DNA from: an uncultured archaeon
GTDB lineage: Archaea; Nanohalarchaeota; Nanosalinia; Nanosalinales; Nanoanaerosalinaceae
DNA: 47,421 nt
NCBI GenBank assembly: GCA_964633675.1
Contig: CAZWHR010000001.1
Location: forward strand, 1-47,421
Direction: 5' to 3'
This document shows positions 35,297-43,961 of this stretch, one piece after another. Position 1 is the first letter of the stretch. Every line of letters begins with the position of its first letter. The position numbers were made by a program, and so were the translations under genes. Under the pieces are notes generated by a model. That model saw nothing but the letters and a program-made list of their open reading frames with translations, ran no database searches and had not been told where the DNA came from.

Positions 35297-36181
35297 TTAT
35301 TCTAGCGGGGATGCCCCCTTTACAATCAGTATAAACATCACTGAGGCAGCTGGAAGCACTAGAAATATTGTTGCAGTTTGTATTCCTATTACTAGAGCTT
35401 CTCCGCCGCCAAGAGCAGACATTATAGTTGAAAGTATTATAAGGAATACTGATCCCACAATAACTATTGTTATGTACATTTCCACAAGCAAAGATAGTAG
35501 GTCGGTGAATTTGTCAAGCTCTCTTCTGTAATCTCGCATGAATTCTGAGGCCTTCTCACTTAGATAGGCTTTAAGATCGCCTCCAGTACTTACTATAGAA
35601 TTAAGACCCCATAAAAAGTTTTTAAATTTATCTGAGGGAGTTCTATCTGCTGAGCTATTTATAGCTTCTTCAACATCCGCTCCAAAGTTGTATACATCAC
35701 CTGCTATTTTTTTTGCCTCCTTTGATACTTCGCCGTATTCTTCAAACTGTCCAAGGAGCTTGAACATTGCTGATGGGGGATTTCCCGAGGAGGCTACTGT
35801 TGATAGGTAGAGTGTTGCAAAGGGGAGGTTGTGATTTATGTTGTCCCTCCTCCTTGCTACCTCAATAGAAGGGTATAAGTAAAATCCTGCAAATACTATA
35901 GTACTTAGTAGAGTCCCCAGAAAGAAGCCTGCGATTAATCCTGCCATTATACCGGTTATAGATCCCTGCATCAGGCCAACAAGGACTGATATTAATGGGG
36001 TGGCTATTACAAAGGTTGCGGTGGCCGACATCAGAGCTAGGCTTAGATACTGTTTTAGAGTATACTTGATATCAGCCTTCTGAAGTTCTTTTTTCGTATC
36101 CTGGAAATACTCTTCTATCAGCTCAGCATAGCTATGAAACCACTGCTCCGACTTTGAGAGATACCACTTGTGTAGGCCCAT
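35297..36181 (-). CDS. type IV filament platform protein, TadB/FlaJ-half-like (single T2SSF domain)
   Basis: 294 aa with NLPFATLYLSTVASSGNPPSAMF...STGGDLKAYLSEKA plus TM segments. Its ATG overlaps the ATPase stop by 1 nt (TAATG at 36179-36183). Confidence 0.75.
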   Translation of the reverse strand: MGLHKWYLSKSEQWFHSYAELIEEYFQDTKKELQKADIKYTLKQYLSLALMSATATFVIATPLISVLVGLMQGSITGIMAGLIAGFFLGTLLSTIVFAGFYLYPSIEVARRRDNINHNLPFATLYLSTVASSGNPPSAMFKLLGQFEEYGEVSKEAKKIAGDVYNFGADVEEAINSSADRTPSDKFKNFLWGLNSIVSTGGDLKAYLSEKASEFMRDYRRELDKFTDLLSLLVEMYITIVIVGSVFLIILSTIMSALGGGEALVIGIQTATIFLVLPAASVMFILIVKGASPLE

Positions 36182-37962
36182 TATAAAACACCTTCTCTCT
36201 CCTCTACTTTCTTCATAACTTCTTCGGGCCGGTCATAATAGTTAGAGATTATCCTTGCGACCTCTTTGTAATGTTTGATATCGTTCTTCAGCATCCATTT
36301 GAGGATTTTCTCCCTCCTTAGAAGTTCTTCTTGAACTTCCCTAGGGGTTGTGCCGTGTTCCTCAGAGATCTTGTGGAGAATATAAGACTCGTTAGGGTTC
36401 TCAAACTTGTCATCTGATGCATCCCACGTGAATATCCGGTTTACTAGAGGCTTGTCATCTTCTTTGGAATACCCTTCAAACTCGTAGATGTTATCCACCC
36501 TTCTCAGATATTTTCCCCTCCTCCTTGATCTCTTCATAAATACTATTAGGTCTAGATTCTCAATGAGGGATGGAGGTAACTCTATGGGTTTGGTTGTAAG
36601 TCTATCCATAACTTTCTGTAGGCTTGAGGCGTGTATTGTGGACATGCCGGGGTGTCCGGTAGCTATTTGCTGGAATAGTATATAGGCCTCCTCTCCACGC
36701 ACCTCTCCAACAATTATGTAGTCAGGTCTCTGCCTGAGGGATTCCTTGAGCAAATCGTCCATAGTAACTTCGCCTGTCTGGTGCTCACCGAAACCGAATC
36801 CCTCCCTAGAAACCTCTGGAACCCAGTTAGGATGTGGTAATCTTAATTCGGGTGTGTCCTCTATAGAAACTATCTTTAGCTCGGGTCTGATAAACAGAGA
36901 GAGCGAATTCAACATTGTAGTCTTTCCGGAGGCTGTAGCTCCAGATATTAGCAGTGATTTGCCGTTCTCTACTCCCATCCACAGATATGCCATCATCTTT
37001 GGGCTTATAGTACCGTACTCTAGGAGATGTATGGGTGTCAGAGGTTCTTCAGTGAACCTTCTTATAGTGAAATTGGTTCCTCTCCTGGCTATATCAGTCT
37101 CTAGGGTTGCCTGAACTCGTGAACCATCAGGTAGAGAGCCATCAAGGAGAGGTTCCGCCATGGATATACTTCGACCGCATCTCTGCGCAAGCTTTCTTAC
37201 AAAGGAATCCATCTCGTCCGCACTCTCAAATTTTACATTCGACTGTACCGACCCTATCTCTGTGTCTCGGTGGTAGATGTATACAGGAATGTCTATGCCA
37301 TCGCAGGAGATATCTTCTATCTGTTTGTCATTCATTAGGGGTTCTATCCTCCCGAGACCCACAAAGTTTCTGTAGGCGTAATACTCTATTATATCCTTGT
37401 CCTCATCGGAGAGGTTGAATTCTCTCTCTTCAAGAAGCTCCCTGACTTTCCTCTGCATGTAGTTTTTGGCCTCTTCCTTTTTCAGCTGTTCGAAATCTAT
37501 ATCCAGCCTCTCCTTTAGCATGTCCTCTATGGTTTCAAGTATTTCCTTGTTCTCTTCCGAGAGTTCTGGTTCTATAACCTTGTATATGACGCTGTCCTGT
37601 TCCTCATCGTAGGTTATATGGGCCCAAGCAAATACCTTCTCATCGTCTTTTGGGTCATTAGGAATTAGGGGATACTTACGTTCAATTCTCTTTTCTTCCT
37701 CTTTATCTTCCTCTTTTTTCTTAGCATCCTCTATCCAGTCTGTATCTCTTTTTTCCGGGTGTAGACCTATCTTCTCTGTATCTGTGTGGTCTAAAATATC
37801 TTCCTCCTCTTCACTTTCCTCTGATTGGGGGCCAGATATATCCGAATCACCTTGTATAACTATCTTTCCATTATCTATCTCCGCAGACTCCTTTTCTTCT
37901 TCCTCCCTACCTTCTTTGGCTCTTCTAAGCCTCTTTATAAGCTTAAGCATGTTGACTGGCAC
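36181..37962 (-). CDS. type II/IV secretion-family ATPase (archaeal PilB/FlaI/TadA-like) with about 100-aa acidic N-terminal extension
   Basis: Walker A GATASGKTT, Walker B/Asp box RQRPDYIIVGEVRGEEA, His box GHPGMSTIHA. The GTG at 37962 abuts the upstream TAA; the ATG at 37950 is the alternative. Confidence 0.9.
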   Translation of the reverse strand: MPVNMLKLIKRLRRAKEGREEEEKESAEIDNGKIVIQGDSDISGPQSEESEEEEDILDHTDTEKIGLHPEKRDTDWIEDAKKKEEDKEEEKRIERKYPLIPNDPKDDEKVFAWAHITYDEEQDSVIYKVIEPELSEENKEILETIEDMLKERLDIDFEQLKKEEAKNYMQRKVRELLEEREFNLSDEDKDIIEYYAYRNFVGLGRIEPLMNDKQIEDISCDGIDIPVYIYHRDTEIGSVQSNVKFESADEMDSFVRKLAQRCGRSISMAEPLLDGSLPDGSRVQATLETDIARRGTNFTIRRFTEEPLTPIHLLEYGTISPKMMAYLWMGVENGKSLLISGATASGKTTMLNSLSLFIRPELKIVSIEDTPELRLPHPNWVPEVSREGFGFGEHQTGEVTMDDLLKESLRQRPDYIIVGEVRGEEAYILFQQIATGHPGMSTIHASSLQKVMDRLTTKPIELPPSLIENLDLIVFMKRSRRRGKYLRRVDNIYEFEGYSKEDDKPLVNRIFTWDASDDKFENPNESYILHKISEEHGTTPREVQEELLRREKILKWMLKNDIKHYKEVARIISNYYDRPEEVMKKVEEREGVL

Positions 37963-38385
37963 TTATGACCCCTCCACAGTTATCTTGTTGTCCTGAAGGG
38001 TTATGGTTGCGGTCTGGAAGTCGTTGCTTACTTCACCTTCAAGCTCATACCTGTCCTCTAAACCATTTAGATTGCTACTTACATATGCGCCTCCACCTGC
38101 TAGGACTGCTACACCTCCCTGTTGGAATTCTATGATGTAGTCTTCGTCAGCTGCAGACCCTGGGAGGTTAAAGTTAATGCTTCCCTGGGTTCCGGCTTTT
38201 GCTAGTTCAACCACATGTAATGATACAAGATCAGCAAGCAACTCTCTCTGATCCTTCAGAGCTTCATTATTTACATCTCTTCCAAAAGATTCAAAAGCCA
38301 CGAGGAAACCTATAGCTATCGCTATTCCAAATCCAAATATTATTACCTGTTCAATTACTCCGTACTGACCCTTTCTGCGTCTCAT
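37963..38385 (-). CDS. small pilin (class III signal peptide), 140 aa
   Basis: MRRRKG|QYGVIEQVIIFGFGIAIAIGFLVAF. Confidence 0.75.
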   Translation of the reverse strand: MRRRKGQYGVIEQVIIFGFGIAIAIGFLVAFESFGRDVNNEALKDQRELLADLVSLHVVELAKAGTQGSINFNLPGSAADEDYIIEFQQGGVAVLAGGGAYVSSNLNGLEDRYELEGEVSNDFQTATITLQDNKITVEGS

Positions 38386-38389
38386 TAGT

Positions 38390-39037
38390 CTAAGATATTC
38401 TCACTAAGACCTTCCTAACTACAAGAGGCTCCCCAGTTACACCCCCGCCCTCTATAACTTCTTCACCGCCTTTTTCTATAGTTATCTTTTTTTCTCCTCC
38501 TGCCGCATTAAGGTTGCCGTCTCTCTCCAACTGTATCAGGTATGCCTTTCCTGCACTGGGGTCACGAAGCTGACGGTATTTCAGCTTGTAGGTGGTCTTG
38601 TATTCATCTCCCTGTAAATCTGCTTTTCCTATAATTACGCCGGGTTTGTCCTTGCCCTGTGTCCCCGCTTTCCCTCCTAGTCCTGCTTCTTTTATGCCGT
38701 TCATGTCGTTCTCGTTCAGTGGAACCCAGCTGTCAGGAGATACATATGCTGCACTGGTAACTGTGCTGTACGATATAGAATTGTCAGATACGTTTATGTC
38801 TAGGAATCCCTCCCCTAAGTCGAATTCTATAGTGCTTGATCCTCCTCTCCTTGCTGCCTTACGTATCTCTCCTGCTATGTTGTTCATCTTCTGAAGAGAA
38901 GACTCCAGCTTGTCGGTGTCCTGCTGTTTCTGTAGAAGAGGAAGGCCCCAGGTGTATGCTGAGCTTATGCCTGCCACCATTATGCCGGCAAGTATTACTG
39001 CAGTTACCACTCCCGACTGAGCTTTTCTTTCTATCAT
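38390..39037 (-). CDS. pilin (class III signal peptide), 215 aa
   Basis: MIERKA|QSGVVTAVILAGIMVAGISSAY. Confidence 0.75.
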   Translation of the reverse strand: MIERKAQSGVVTAVILAGIMVAGISSAYTWGLPLLQKQQDTDKLESSLQKMNNIAGEIRKAARRGGSSTIEFDLGEGFLDINVSDNSISYSTVTSAAYVSPDSWVPLNENDMNGIKEAGLGGKAGTQGKDKPGVIIGKADLQGDEYKTTYKLKYRQLRDPSAGKAYLIQLERDGNLNAAGGEKKITIEKGGEEVIEGGGVTGEPLVVRKVLVRIS

Positions 39038-39137
39038 GGGAGATCACATTCCGTATTATAGTTAATGGTAAAGGCTGGTTAAAAAAGATTCCCAATAAAT
39101 AGAGTTTAAGATCAAGAAAATCGCTGTATTTTAGATA

Positions 39138-39659
39138 TTATCTCTGTCCTGCTTCACAGGGTTTCCCTCGGCTAAGTTCTTCTTCATCGGTGAACACAAA
39201 GTCCACTTCGTATCTTTTACCAACCTCCATGGTTGAGTCCAGATCTATTTCATAGAGAGCTGAATCCCCTGGCGAGGAGAAATCTTTATTATTTGTCGCA
39301 TTAACACCGGGGCTAGTTCCCCTATCAGTTGAGAGTGATAGGCTAGTTCTTGTTAGCCGAGGATCGATGTTTCCTGTTGAAAACTCGCTTATGTCCATGT
39401 CTACAGGATCTAGATCGAGTTCGGTACTACCTGAGTTCTTGAAGAACACGCTTACTACTCCAGAACCTCCTTCGTTGAAACACCTCAGATCCTTGATCTG
39501 TGCATCTCTATTAGCTATGGACTCCCCTCTTTCTTGAAACTGTGTCTGAAGGCTTTGCATCCATACATAAGCTCCTCCTGCAGCTGCAACAGTCATCATC
39601 AGTAGTAGAAGTATTGCTATAACTGCGGTGATTCCTTTCCTGTTTCTGAAATTTATCAT
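39138..39659 (-). CDS. pilin (class III signal peptide, archaeal flagellin-N/DUF1628-like), 173 aa; candidate major subunit
   Basis: MINFRNRKG|ITAVIAILLLLMMTVAAAGGAYVW. It is the first pilin gene in the operon and is followed by the only sizeable intergenic gap (100 nt). Confidence 0.7.
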   Translation of the reverse strand: MINFRNRKGITAVIAILLLLMMTVAAAGGAYVWMQSLQTQFQERGESIANRDAQIKDLRCFNEGGSGVVSVFFKNSGSTELDLDPVDMDISEFSTGNIDPRLTRTSLSLSTDRGTSPGVNATNNKDFSSPGDSALYEIDLDSTMEVGKRYEVDFVFTDEEELSRGKPCEAGQR

Positions 39660-39662
39660 AAA

Positions 39663-40250
39663 TCACCCTTGGTTCTGCCGTGAACCCCTACGGTTCCCGG
39701 ATCTATTAGACCTCCTTGAGCTAGACCTGTTGCTCCGGGACTTAGAACTACGAGACTGAGAAGATTTGGAAGCTCTTTCTGAAGCCTGAAGTCTTTTCAT
39801 TCTCTTTTCCAGCTTCTCTATACTATCATTAATAGTTCCTAGGCCTTCAAGCATCTTCTTGTTAGTGTCCTCAAGACTGTTCATGGTTTCTGCTATTGGG
39901 TCGACTAGGTTCTTCGAGAGGTTGCCTGATACGTCTTCTTCCAGAGATGCTTCTGATGCATCTTCTAGTAGTTCCATGAAGTCCTGTATGGAATCCGCTA
40001 CATTGTCCATTTTGTTTGTCAGTTCCTCTACAGAGTTATGCAGCTGATCTGTGGAGTTAACCATGTCGTTGACCATTTTCTGGTTGGCCTTCATTATGTC
40101 AAGGATATCTCTAGTAAAGTCACCCCTACCTCCACCCTTCTGCTTCTCAAGCTCATCTATACGTTTCTCAAGTTTTCTTATTGGACCCATAGGGATTACT
40201 TCGTATTCTTCCGACCCATTATCACCGGATAGCTCTACTTCTTCGGACAT
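39663..40250 (-). CDS. acidic coiled-coil protein with Ser/Arg-rich basic tail, unknown function
   Basis: AAGGAG 9 nt upstream of the ATG at 40250 (the track start at 40259 is a TTG). Heptad-like segments are IRKLEKRIDELEKQ, MVNSTDQLHNSVEELTNKMDNVADSIQDFMELLED and NDSIEKLEKRMKRLQ. The tail is SKSSQSRSSKSRSNRSSSRRSNRSGNRRGSRQNQG. Confidence 0.6.
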   Translation of the reverse strand: MSEEVELSGDNGSEEYEVIPMGPIRKLEKRIDELEKQKGGGRGDFTRDILDIMKANQKMVNDMVNSTDQLHNSVEELTNKMDNVADSIQDFMELLEDASEASLEEDVSGNLSKNLVDPIAETMNSLEDTNKKMLEGLGTINDSIEKLEKRMKRLQASERASKSSQSRSSKSRSNRSSSRRSNRSGNRRGSRQNQG

Positions 40251-40359
40251 TCTAATCAACTCCTTGGATTACCTGCATCCACAGTTACCAGTTTATGGAA
40301 GAGCGCTATTTATAAGTTTCCCCGCTGTTGGAACCCTTTCCCCTTTAGAACCATCTCTA

Positions 40360-41439
40360 TCAACTGTACCTCTCGGATTTCTCAAAAATTTTCCTGATGC
40401 CTGCTGCCCCTGTTGAAAGCTCAAAGACACAGATACCTCCCACTATTGTAGGGACTACATATGTCGCAGTTCGGTAGAGTATGGCTGCAACCGAGGCTTG
40501 AGAGGCAGGTACTCCGGCTATTACAATTAGAAGGAAAATTAGGAATACTTCGAATCCTCCACTACCTCCGGGGGAGGGTATATTAGATCCCAGCGCTGAG
40601 ATAGGGAGAACCAGCATAATTAGGATATAGCTGGGCTGTCTCCACCCTACAGAGAGTAAGAAAAAATACAGAACCGTTATCTGAAGTATCCAGGCTATAT
40701 GTGAGAGCGCCACTATCTTTATGAATTTGCTCTTCGTCGAGACCACAGAATGTATGGTCTTATAGAAAGTGTCTACCTTCTTTGAAATGGTGTCTTCTTT
40801 TAGTTTTTCTTCAATACTCGAGGTTAGGAAGCCTATGTAGTCGAGGACGGTTGATACTATGCTTCCTAGATATACAGCTATCTTTTGTGCGTAATTCTTT
40901 TGAGTCCAGGCTATAAATATGAAGGAAGAAATTATTACTCCTACTACGAGTAGTAGTAGGGATATAAGCCTTATTATAGGGGTGGCTTTATTGAAGGCTA
41001 AGAATAACATTAGCCCGGCAACGGAAAGGGTGAAGAAGGGCATTTGGTTTATCACATCCGCAGTAAACACTGCTCCAAGACTTTTCTCATAGTTTACATC
41101 CGAGTTTTTGGATATAAGCCAAGCCATAAATGGCTCTCCCCCCATACGCCCCATAGGTGTGATGTTGTTGGCGAATAGACCGCCAAAGAAGAGCATAAGA
41201 TGCTTTGTAAGAGTAAAATTGTGTCCTACATGTCCCAGGACTATTAACCAGGACGCGCTCCAGGCAATCCATATCCCTAGGCTTGTTATGAAGCCAAGAA
41301 CTAGATATTTGGGTGAGGCTGACAGGAGCGCCCGGAGTATATCGGCCCACCCTACATAGGTTACAAATAAAGCAAGTATGACTACTGCACCTAGCGAGCT
41401 GTAGATCGCTTTCCGCAGGTTCTTGTCCATACTTTCCAT
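40360..41439 (-). CDS. UPF0104 / LPG-synthase-TM (flippase-like) family membrane protein
   Basis: About 8 TM segments. The layout with an N-terminal basic stretch and GGLFANNITPMGRMGGEPF loop matches my recollection of this family. Start is ATG 41439 or TTG 41445. Confidence 0.55.
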   Translation of the reverse strand: MESMDKNLRKAIYSSLGAVVILALFVTYVGWADILRALLSASPKYLVLGFITSLGIWIAWSASWLIVLGHVGHNFTLTKHLMLFFGGLFANNITPMGRMGGEPFMAWLISKNSDVNYEKSLGAVFTADVINQMPFFTLSVAGLMLFLAFNKATPIIRLISLLLLVVGVIISSFIFIAWTQKNYAQKIAVYLGSIVSTVLDYIGFLTSSIEEKLKEDTISKKVDTFYKTIHSVVSTKSKFIKIVALSHIAWILQITVLYFFLLSVGWRQPSYILIMLVLPISALGSNIPSPGGSGGFEVFLIFLLIVIAGVPASQASVAAILYRTATYVVPTIVGGICVFELSTGAAGIRKIFEKSERYS

Positions 41440-41532
41440 TTTCAACCGTCTACTTTAAAACCATTCAGGCCTCCTTTTTAAACCCGTCCAAAATCTATTT
41501 CAAGAACCGGAGACCACAACTTCTTTGAGAGG

Positions 41533-41802
41533 ATGAAAAGAGCACATGTCTTCATCTCGGGAAAAGTCCAGGGAGTCTTCTTCAGAGCCACTACACGGAA
41601 GGAGGCGCAGAAGCGCGGAGTCAACGGCTGGGTGAAGAACCTCTCTGACGGCAGAGTGGAAGCAGTCTTTGAGGGGGAAGAAGACGAGATTCAAGAGATG
41701 ATAGAGTTCTGCCACAAGGGCCCCGAACGCGCCAATGTGGAGGATATTGAGGTCGAATATGAAGATGCAGGAGGTTTCGAGAAGTTTGAGATTCGTAGAT
41801 AG
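41533..41802 (+). CDS. acyP: acylphosphatase
   Basis: [13 protein letters not shown] and [17 protein letters not shown]; 89 aa. Confidence 0.9.
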   Translation: MKRAHVFISGKVQGVFFRATTRKEAQKRGVNGWVKNLSDGRVEAVFEGEEDEIQEMIEFCHKGPERANVEDIEVEYEDAGGFEKFEIRR

Positions 41803-41883
41803 GTTTTTTCTGGCTGAACCTGTTTGGGATTTAGCTTAATGCTTCCCCTTTTTTAACTCTTAACCCCAAATTCCTTGCCTGAG

Positions 41884-43164
41884 ATGAACATAACAGAGAA
41901 GGCTGAGGCGCTCGATGAACTGGATCTGTGCGACCACTGCTTTGGAAGGCAGTTCGCAAGGCTTGGACACGGCCTGGAGAACTATGAAAGAGCCTGGATA
42001 ATACGGAAGAAGCTTGATTCCGGAGAAAGGATATCTGAAGATGGCATAGATCTGGAAGAGTCGCCGGAAAGAGAACCCAAGTCCCATGAAGGTTGCGAGA
42101 TCTGTAGTGGGCTGTTCCAGGATCTTGATCGCTATGTAGATATGGCCTTCAACGCACTGGAACGGTATGAGTTTAACACATACCTGGCAGGCACCAGACC
42201 TCCCTCGGAGGTTGTCGCTGCCGAGGAAGAGCTCTGGGAGAATCACGGCCTCCAGTGGGTTGAACCCATAAAGAGCGAATTGAATCGGCTTCTGGGCAAA
42301 AGAATAGAGAAGAAACTGGAAGAGGAGCGAGATATGGATACTACGGTGGATTTCGAGCGCGCAGATGTCAATTTTATAGTGGATATGGGCAAGGACCGTA
42401 TAGAGCTTCAGGTCAACTCTCTACTGGTGCACGGTTTCTACAACAAGCTGGAGAGAGGTCTGCCACAGACCGAATGGCCCTGCGGAAACTGTAGAGGGAA
42501 GGGATGCGACGACTGTGACTGGACAGGGAAGCAGTATCAGGAATCGGTCCAGGAATTGATAGCTGAACCGTTTATAGAAGCGGTTAATGGCTTGGAAACC
42601 AAGTTCCACGGCGCAGGAAGAGAGGATGTAGATGCTAGGTGCTTGGGCAAGCGCGAGTTTGTCCTTGAGGTTCTTGAGCCTCAGAAGAGAGACTTGGATC
42701 TTAAGAAGATGCAGGAGACGATAAACGAGAGGTACGATGGAAGGGTGCAGGTATTCAACCTTGAGTTCTGCGGCAAGGACCTGATAGAGAAAGTTAAATC
42801 TCGCAGATCCCACAAGACCTACAGGGCTCTGGTAGAGCTTGAAGAGGATGTATCTGAGGAAGATCTAGAGGTTTTGAAGGGGATTAAAGGAATTGTGAGG
42901 CAGAAGACACCTACAAGAGTTGACCACAGACGCGCCTCCAAGACCAGAAAGAGGCAGGTGCTGGATATTGACTGGAGGAAAACTGGAGAAAAAGAGATAG
43001 AGCTAGAGATAAAGGGAGAAGCCGGACTCTACATCAAGGAACTGATCTCCGGAGACCGGTCAAAGACCAAACCGTCAGCCTCACAGCTCCTGGATACCGG
43101 GGCAGAATGCCTTGAGCTGGATGTTATAGACATAGAGAAGCCTGAAGGATATGAGGACGTATAG
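41884..43164 (+). CDS. pus10: tRNA pseudouridine(54/55) synthase Pus10
   Basis: N-terminal CDHCFGRQF...CEIC zinc ribbon, CGNCRGKGCDDCDWTGK, catalytic GREDVDARCLG, GLYIKELISGD. ATG at 41884 preferred over TTG at 41875. Confidence 0.85.
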   Translation: MNITEKAEALDELDLCDHCFGRQFARLGHGLENYERAWIIRKKLDSGERISEDGIDLEESPEREPKSHEGCEICSGLFQDLDRYVDMAFNALERYEFNTYLAGTRPPSEVVAAEEELWENHGLQWVEPIKSELNRLLGKRIEKKLEEERDMDTTVDFERADVNFIVDMGKDRIELQVNSLLVHGFYNKLERGLPQTEWPCGNCRGKGCDDCDWTGKQYQESVQELIAEPFIEAVNGLETKFHGAGREDVDARCLGKREFVLEVLEPQKRDLDLKKMQETINERYDGRVQVFNLEFCGKDLIEKVKSRRSHKTYRALVELEEDVSEEDLEVLKGIKGIVRQKTPTRVDHRRASKTRKRQVLDIDWRKTGEKEIELEIKGEAGLYIKELISGDRSKTKPSASQLLDTGAECLELDVIDIEKPEGYEDV

Positions 43165-43293
43165 TTCTTCTCACCTACCTGGATGAAGCAAACCTTTTTA
43201 AGAGTAAGTGGTTGATAGAGTTTTAGGTAGCTTACAGTATACCGTTTTTAATGCGCTGTACCTGCGAAAAATAGGTACAAAAGGTGAGAACAG

Positions 43294-43587
43294 ATGGCAA
43301 AGAAATCTCAAGGAACAAGGAACAAGTCAAGAAGAAAGATGGCAAAGAGTAGCCGTGAGAAGACAACGGTCTCAAGCCATTTCACAGAGTTTGACAAGGG
43401 AGAAAACGCAGTTATAGACCTAGATCCAGCGGTACATGAGGGGCTACCACATCCCAGGTTCCACGGTAGGACTGCCAAGGTCTTGGGAAAGAGAGGTAAG
43501 TCCTATATAGTAGAGATAGATGATGGTGGTAGAAAGAAGGAGTTTCCTGCACATCCCGCCCATTTGAAGCCTGCTGAAGAGAATTAG
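43294..43587 (+). CDS. rpl21e: 50S ribosomal protein L21e
   Basis: MAKKSQGTRNKSR...HPRFHGRTAKVLGKRGKSYIVEI; 97 aa. Confidence 0.9.
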   Translation: MAKKSQGTRNKSRRKMAKSSREKTTVSSHFTEFDKGENAVIDLDPAVHEGLPHPRFHGRTAKVLGKRGKSYIVEIDDGGRKKEFPAHPAHLKPAEEN

Positions 43588-43611
43588 AGTTCTGGAAAGA
43601 GGTGTCCTAAG

Positions 43612-43941
43612 ATGAAGATTATAGAATCAAATGACATAAGTCCTGTGGAAGTCCTTGAAACTCTTGAAGAGGAAGAGGAGGGCTCTTTAGAACCTATACA
43701 GAAGACTATCCTTGAACATCTACGGCAGAACACAAAAATTGAGTCTGAGGAAGCCTTTGAGGAGTTGAAGGATGAGCTTGAAGATGTTGAATCTCTTAAA
43801 GAGAAGCATATATACAAGATACTTGAGATTTTGCCGGAACATCCAAAAGAGGTGGAAGCTCTCTTCTCAAAGGACAGAATTAGAATGGACGATTCTGAGA
43901 GAGAGAAGATAGCGGAAATTTGTTCTTCGTACAGCACATAG
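43612..43941 (+). CDS. rpoF: DNA-directed RNA polymerase subunit Rpo4 (F)
   Basis: 109-aa acidic helical protein in the conserved archaeal position between L21e and DUF655. HLRQ... and KHIYKILEILPEHPKEV segments. Confidence 0.7.
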   Translation: MKIIESNDISPVEVLETLEEEEEGSLEPIQKTILEHLRQNTKIESEEAFEELKDELEDVESLKEKHIYKILEILPEHPKEVEALFSKDRIRMDDSEREKIAEICSSYST

Positions 43942-43961
43942 CAACTTAGAGGGAATAAATA

